A DNA stretch of 33,380 nt from Nitrospinota bacterium. Its GTDB lineage: Bacteria; UBA8248. This document shows positions 29,341 to 33,380 of this stretch, piece after piece; the stretch's first letter is position 1; each line of letters starts with the position of its first letter. The stretch is from NCBI GenBank assembly GCA_030754595.1, contig JASLZZ010000123.1, positions 1-33,380 of the forward strand, written 5' to 3'. The position numbers and the translations under genes were made by a program. The notes below the pieces were generated by a model, which had not been told where the DNA came from, did no database searches, and saw only the letters and a program-made list of their open reading frames with translations.

Positions 29341-30786
29341 TCAGGCGGCGGAAGCCGCGATGTAGTCGAGCAGGCTCGCTGCCGCCGCCCCCGCGCCGGC
29401 CGCGCAGTCGGGGATGCCCACCCCGCGGTAGGCGCTCCCGGCCACTGCGATCCCCGGCAATTTCCCCACCTCCTCGTCAATCTCCCGGACCCGGTCCAGG
29501 TGGCCGAGGCGGTACTGGGCCATGGCGCTTCCGTAGCGCGAGAGAACGGCGGCCTCGGGCTCGCCCCGGATTCCCAGCAGCGGACCGAGCTCGTCCATCA
29601 CGCGGCCGATCATCTCCTCATCGGACACGAAGAGGGCGGCCTCCCCGTAGGCGCCGCCAACGAAGGCGCGGAGGAGGACCTTCCCCTCCGGGGCGCGGCC
29701 CTCGAACTTCGAGCTCGAGAACGAGCAGGCCATGAGCATCCGCCCCTCGATTTCGGGAACGACGAAACCCATCCCGTCCAGGGGGTGGGCCACCTGCTCC
29801 CGGCTGAAAGCGAGGTTGAGGGTGGCCACCGAGCCGTAGGGAATCTCGCCCAGCCGTGCGCCCAGCCGCTCCGACAACGGCTCGAGCAGCCCCCGCGCCG
29901 GCTCCGTCGGCAGGGCGAGGCACACCGCGTCCGCCTCGATCTCGCCGCCGCCCTCGATTCCGATCCGCCAGCGTCCCCCCTCGCCGCGGAGGGAGGCCGC
30001 CCGCGCCTCGGGCCTGAGAGACCCGGCGGGTATCCGCTCGAGCAGCGCATCGATCAAGCTCCCCATCCCCGGCTCCAGGGTGAGGAAAAGGCCGTAGCGC
30101 GGCCCGCTGGCCGAGGCGGCCCGGCTCTTCGCCGCCCCCTCGCGCATCCGCTTGCGAAGCGCCCGGATGACGCTGCCGTGGGCGCGCTCCATCTCCAGGA
30201 ACTGGGGCATCGTCGCCTCGAGGCTAAGCTCCTCGGGGTCGGCCGAGTAGATGCCGCCGATCATGGGCTGGGCCATCCGTTCGAGCGCCTCCCGGCCGAA
30301 GCGCCTGCGGACGAAGCTCGCCAGCGTCTCATCGCCGCCCCCCCTTCGGGCCGGGATGAAAAAATCCATCGCCATCCGGAGCTTGCCCAGCGAGCTGAAA
30401 ATCGGGGTGGTCACGAACGGAAGGATCGACGAAGGCGCGAGCAGATAAAATCCCTCGGGCACCGGAATCAGCCGGCCCTTTCTGAGGATGAAGCTACGGC
30501 GATGGGCGGATTTCGTGCCCGCGAGGCGCCCCTCGAGCCCCAACTCGCGGCACAGGGCGATGCCCTCGGGCTTGGTGGACAAAAAGCAGTCCGGCCCCCG
30601 TTCCATGACAAAGCCCGCCTCGCGGGCAGTCTCGATGGAGCCGCCGAAGCGGCCGGAGGCCTCGGCCAGAGTCACTTCCAGGGAGATCCCCCGCTCACTC
30701 GCTCCCTGGATCAGCCGGTGGGCGGCTACGAGGCCGGTGATCCCTCCCCCGAGGACGACCGCTCGCCGAGGGGCGGGGGTGCTCAA
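29341..30786 (-). CDS. hemY: Proto/coproporphyrinogen oxidase (HemY type)
   Basis: GGGITGL, ERGPDCF, GGIYSAD, GMGFVVP, SSKFEGRAP, QYRLGH and GVGIPDC; TTGA overlap with hemH. Confidence 0.95.
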   Translation of the reverse strand: MSTPAPRRAVVLGGGITGLVAAHRLIQGASERGISLEVTLAEASGRFGGSIETAREAGFVMERGPDCFLSTKPEGIALCRELGLEGRLAGTKSAHRRSFILRKGRLIPVPEGFYLLAPSSILPFVTTPIFSSLGKLRMAMDFFIPARRGGGDETLASFVRRRFGREALERMAQPMIGGIYSADPEELSLEATMPQFLEMERAHGSVIRALRKRMREGAAKSRAASASGPRYGLFLTLEPGMGSLIDALLERIPAGSLRPEARAASLRGEGGRWRIGIEGGGEIEADAVCLALPTEPARGLLEPLSERLGARLGEIPYGSVATLNLAFSREQVAHPLDGMGFVVPEIEGRMLMACSFSSSKFEGRAPEGKVLLRAFVGGAYGEAALFVSDEEMIGRVMDELGPLLGIRGEPEAAVLSRYGSAMAQYRLGHLDRVREIDEEVGKLPGIAVAGSAYRGVGIPDCAAGAGAAAASLLDYIAASAA

Positions 30787-31754
30787 CCGCTCTCTCCCGC
30801 CCTGTGGGCCGCCACGATGTCGCGGAGCATCGAAATAAACTTGGGGTGGGAGCCGACGGTCCCCGCGCGGAAATAATCCATGCCGCGTTCCTCCGCCGCC
30901 TCCCTCGCCTCGACGTCGAGATCGAAAAGAACCTCGATATGATCGCAGATGAAGCCCACCGGAATCACGATGACGTCTTTCGCCCCCCCGTCCGCCGCCT
31001 CGCGCACCACGTCGAGCACATCGGGTTCGAGCCAGCTCCCGGGGAGAACGTTCGGGCTGCTCTGGAATCCGGTGAGGTGGCTCTCTCGGCCAAGAGCACC
31101 AGCCGCGAGGCGCGCCGTCTCCTCGAACTGCTCCCGGTAGGGAGAGGTCCTGGCCATCGAGACCGGAATCGAGTGGGCCGAGAATATCAACCGGGCGGCG
31201 CTGAAGCGCTCCTCCCCCATCGCCCCGGCGAGCTCGTTCACCCGGTCCACCGTCGCCCCGATGTAGCCCGGATGGTCGAACCAGGGGGTCCCGGCGAAGG
31301 TCACCTCGGGCGCCTCACCGCCCAACTCCCGGCGGGCCGACTCGGCCTCCCCACGGTAGGCCTCGAAGCTCACCTTCGCCCGGTGGGGGGCAAGGGCGAT
31401 GCCCAGGGTGCGTCGCAGCCCGCGGCGGTGCATCTCGGCCAGCGCTTCTTTCACGAACGGGGTCCAGAAGCGGTAGCCCACATAGACGGGCGCGATGATT
31501 CCCGAGCGCTCGAGCTCCATCTCCAGGGCGCCCGCCTGTTTCTGGGAGAAAAAAATGAACGGAGATACGCCCCCGAAATGCTCGTAGTGGGCCGCCACCT
31601 CGCGGATGCGCTCATCGCCGCTCGCCCGATCGCCCACGACGTTTTTAACGAAACAAAAAGCCTCTCCGGGGCAGTCCTCGTAGCGGCGGCAACACCCCCG
31701 CGTCGGCCCGCCGAAGCCGACCAGCAGGACCGAATCGTAGCGCGCCTCCGTCAC
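30783..31754 (-). CDS. hemH: Ferrochelatase
   Basis: LLVGFGGP, HYEHFGGVSP, GYRFWTPF, FSAHSIP, WLEPD and PVGFICDHIEVLFDLD; GTGA overlap with hemE. Confidence 0.93.
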   Translation of the reverse strand: MTEARYDSVLLVGFGGPTRGCCRRYEDCPGEAFCFVKNVVGDRASGDERIREVAAHYEHFGGVSPFIFFSQKQAGALEMELERSGIIAPVYVGYRFWTPFVKEALAEMHRRGLRRTLGIALAPHRAKVSFEAYRGEAESARRELGGEAPEVTFAGTPWFDHPGYIGATVDRVNELAGAMGEERFSAARLIFSAHSIPVSMARTSPYREQFEETARLAAGALGRESHLTGFQSSPNVLPGSWLEPDVLDVVREAADGGAKDVIVIPVGFICDHIEVLFDLDVEAREAAEERGMDYFRAGTVGSHPKFISMLRDIVAAHRAGESG

Positions 31755-32782
31755 GCCTCCGCCCTCCACTCGTGAACCAGGTCCACGAGATATTTCACGT
31801 TGTCCACCGGCGTCATCGGGAGCACCCCGTGGCCGAGGTTGAAGATGTGGCCCGGCCGCCCGCCCGCCTGCCGAAGAATATCCCCGGCGCGGCGGCGGAT
31901 GGTCTCCCGATCGGCGAGAAGGACGCAGGGGTCCAGGTTCCCCTGAACGGCCACCCGCCCCAGTGCGTCCCAGCTCTCGCCCAGGTTTACCCGCCAGTCG
32001 AGCCCGATCACGTCGCCGCCCGCTTTTTTCTGTTGGTCGAGGAGCGTGGCGGTTCCCGTACCGAAGTGAATGATCGGCGCAGGGCCCGAAATGGCGTCGA
32101 GTAGAAATCGAATGTGCGGAAAGACATATTCGCGGTAATCGGCCGGGCTCAGACAACCCGCCCAACTGTCGAAGATTTGAATCGCCTGCGCGCCCGCATC
32201 GACCTGGCTCCGGACATATCCCACGAGGGAGCGGGCGATCACGCTCATCAGGGCGTGCCACGCACCGGGGTCGCCGTACATCAGCTTCTTCGTCTCGGCG
32301 TAGTTGCGCGAGCCGCCGCCCTCGATCACGTAGGAAGCCAGCGTGAAGGGCGCACCGCAGAAACCGATGAGCGGGGTCTCCGGCCCGAGGGAGGAGCGCG
32401 TTTTTCGGATGGCGTCATAGACGAAAGAGAGGGCCTCGGGCGGGGCCTCCTCGAGGCGATCGACATCCGAGGCGGCGCGGACCGGGTTGCCCAGGACCGG
32501 GCCCTCCCCCTTACCGTAGGTGAGGTCCATCCCCATCGGAACGAGGATGAGAAGAATGTCCGAGAAAATAATGGCGGCGTCGGCCCCGATCCGCTCGACC
32601 GCGGTGACGGTCACCTCGGCGGCGAGGTCGGAGTCCCGGCAGAGATCCATAAAGGGGGTGCGCTCGCGCACCTCGCGATACTCCACCATGTAGCGGCCGG
32701 CCTGCCGCATGAGCCAGACGGGAGTGGTATCCGCCGGCTCGCCCCGGCAGGCCTTCAAGAATGGGGCATCGCCTGGGTTCAT
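31751..32782 (-). CDS. hemE: Uroporphyrinogen decarboxylase
   Basis: PVWLMRQAGRY, DAAIIFSDIL, GAPFTLASY, IQIFDSW, QGNLDP and IFNLGHG. Confidence 0.97.
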   Translation of the reverse strand: MNPGDAPFLKACRGEPADTTPVWLMRQAGRYMVEYREVRERTPFMDLCRDSDLAAEVTVTAVERIGADAAIIFSDILLILVPMGMDLTYGKGEGPVLGNPVRAASDVDRLEEAPPEALSFVYDAIRKTRSSLGPETPLIGFCGAPFTLASYVIEGGGSRNYAETKKLMYGDPGAWHALMSVIARSLVGYVRSQVDAGAQAIQIFDSWAGCLSPADYREYVFPHIRFLLDAISGPAPIIHFGTGTATLLDQQKKAGGDVIGLDWRVNLGESWDALGRVAVQGNLDPCVLLADRETIRRRAGDILRQAGGRPGHIFNLGHGVLPMTPVDNVKYLVDLVHEWRAEA

Positions 32783-32907
32783 CGGATCTATGGCTCCATC
32801 GGTTCAATCGGTAATGGGCACCGGGTATCGAGCAAAGAGCGCCGGGCATCGAACATCAAGCAACGGGCACCGGAAAAACTACCACCCTTTCGCTCGCGAT
32901 CCAAAAG

Positions 32908-32940
32908 CGAAAAACCCCCAGCCCCGAAGGGCTGGGGGTT
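32908..32940 (-). terminator. Intrinsic terminator
   Basis: Minus strand AACCCCCAGCCC-TTCG-GGGCTGGGGGTTTTT: UUCG tetraloop and U-tract. Confidence 0.85.
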
Positions 32941-33002
32941 ACGGTGAGCTGTTGAGATTCGCCAGGGCGGAGAAACCAGGCAGCTCCCCGGGTTTCTCCT
33001 GC

Positions 33003-33041
33003 CTAGACGGCAGTCACCTCGTCGCTACAGTCTATTCTCAT
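33003..33041 (-). CDS. Candidate 12-aa micro-peptide MRIDCSDEVTAV
   Basis: Preceded by AGAAAGGAGGTGGTC (15-nt SD) and a TTGGCG-17-GATAAT promoter; followed by a hairpin and terminator. Confidence 0.6.
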   Translation of the reverse strand: MRIDCSDEVTAV

Positions 33042-33306
33042 ATATTCGACCACCTCCTTTCTGACGTACCATCAATTATCCGGCACCGGGATCCGCGCGC
33101 CAACAAATATTTCCCGGGGGCGGGGGGAAGGGGCGACGGGCGCGGGAGGCGGATCGCGCTCAGGAGCATCGGGCCGGCGGAGAGTTCACTGGTGAACGAA
33201 AAGCCGGCACGAGCGGGCGGCGGGCTGGGCAGAGCGGCTCCTGCATGGTATACAGCGCAGGCTCTTTTCTAGGGGCCTACTTTTCGATAGCCTGAACCCG
33301 ATGCTC

Positions 33307-33380
33307 GGCGCCATAGCCAAGTGGTAAGGCAGAGGACTGCAAATCCTTTATCCCCGGTTCAAATCCGGGTGGCGCCTCCA
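33307..33380 (+). tRNA. tRNA-Cys (GCA)
   Basis: Acceptor stem GGCGCCA/TGGCGCC, D-loop AAGTGGTAA, anticodon arm GAGGA-CTGCAAA-TCCTT, T-loop GGTTCAAATCC and encoded CCA. Confidence 0.97.

Noticed and set aside
33048..33062. Plus-strand match to the 16S rRNA 3' end
   Set aside because: No other rRNA sequence is adjacent; it is the complement of an extended SD, not an rRNA gene fragment.

Overview
GC-rich bacterial chromosomal segment of mixed housekeeping and accessory genes, with no integrase, transposase or CRISPR array detected. From left to right it carries: a secreted amidohydrolase; a TPP riboswitch and thiC, whose 3' end and terminator recur 586 bp downstream around a small basic ORF; a PceA-like reductive dehalogenase lacking a Tat leader and an rdhB anchor; a minus-strand run (beta-rich hypothetical, Gfo/Idh/MocA oxidoreductase, YdhR-like protein, acyl-CoA dehydrogenase, Dpp/Opp permeases and binding protein, DUF192, nadC, nadA); cupin, AsmA-like and MFS genes; a collapsed PAS-receiver kinase remnant; a cytochrome c'-like protein; a trypsin-like lipoprotein; an aldolase, FAH and LeuA-like trio; a NapG-like ferredoxin, a DCC1-like protein and an orphan Flp pilin; a small Cys-rich ORF coupled to a SPASM radical SAM enzyme that converges on hemE-hemH-hemY; a ~160-nt transcription unit encoding a 12-aa peptide behind a 15-nt Shine-Dalgarno; and tRNA-Cys at the window end. 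The best novelty candidates are the micro-ORF unit, the heme locus (ferrochelatase with a 4-Cys insert, AhbD-like radical SAM with a Cys-rich partner), the thiC 3'-replacement cassette and the stand-alone dehalogenase. All product calls come from motif recognition by eye, not database searches.
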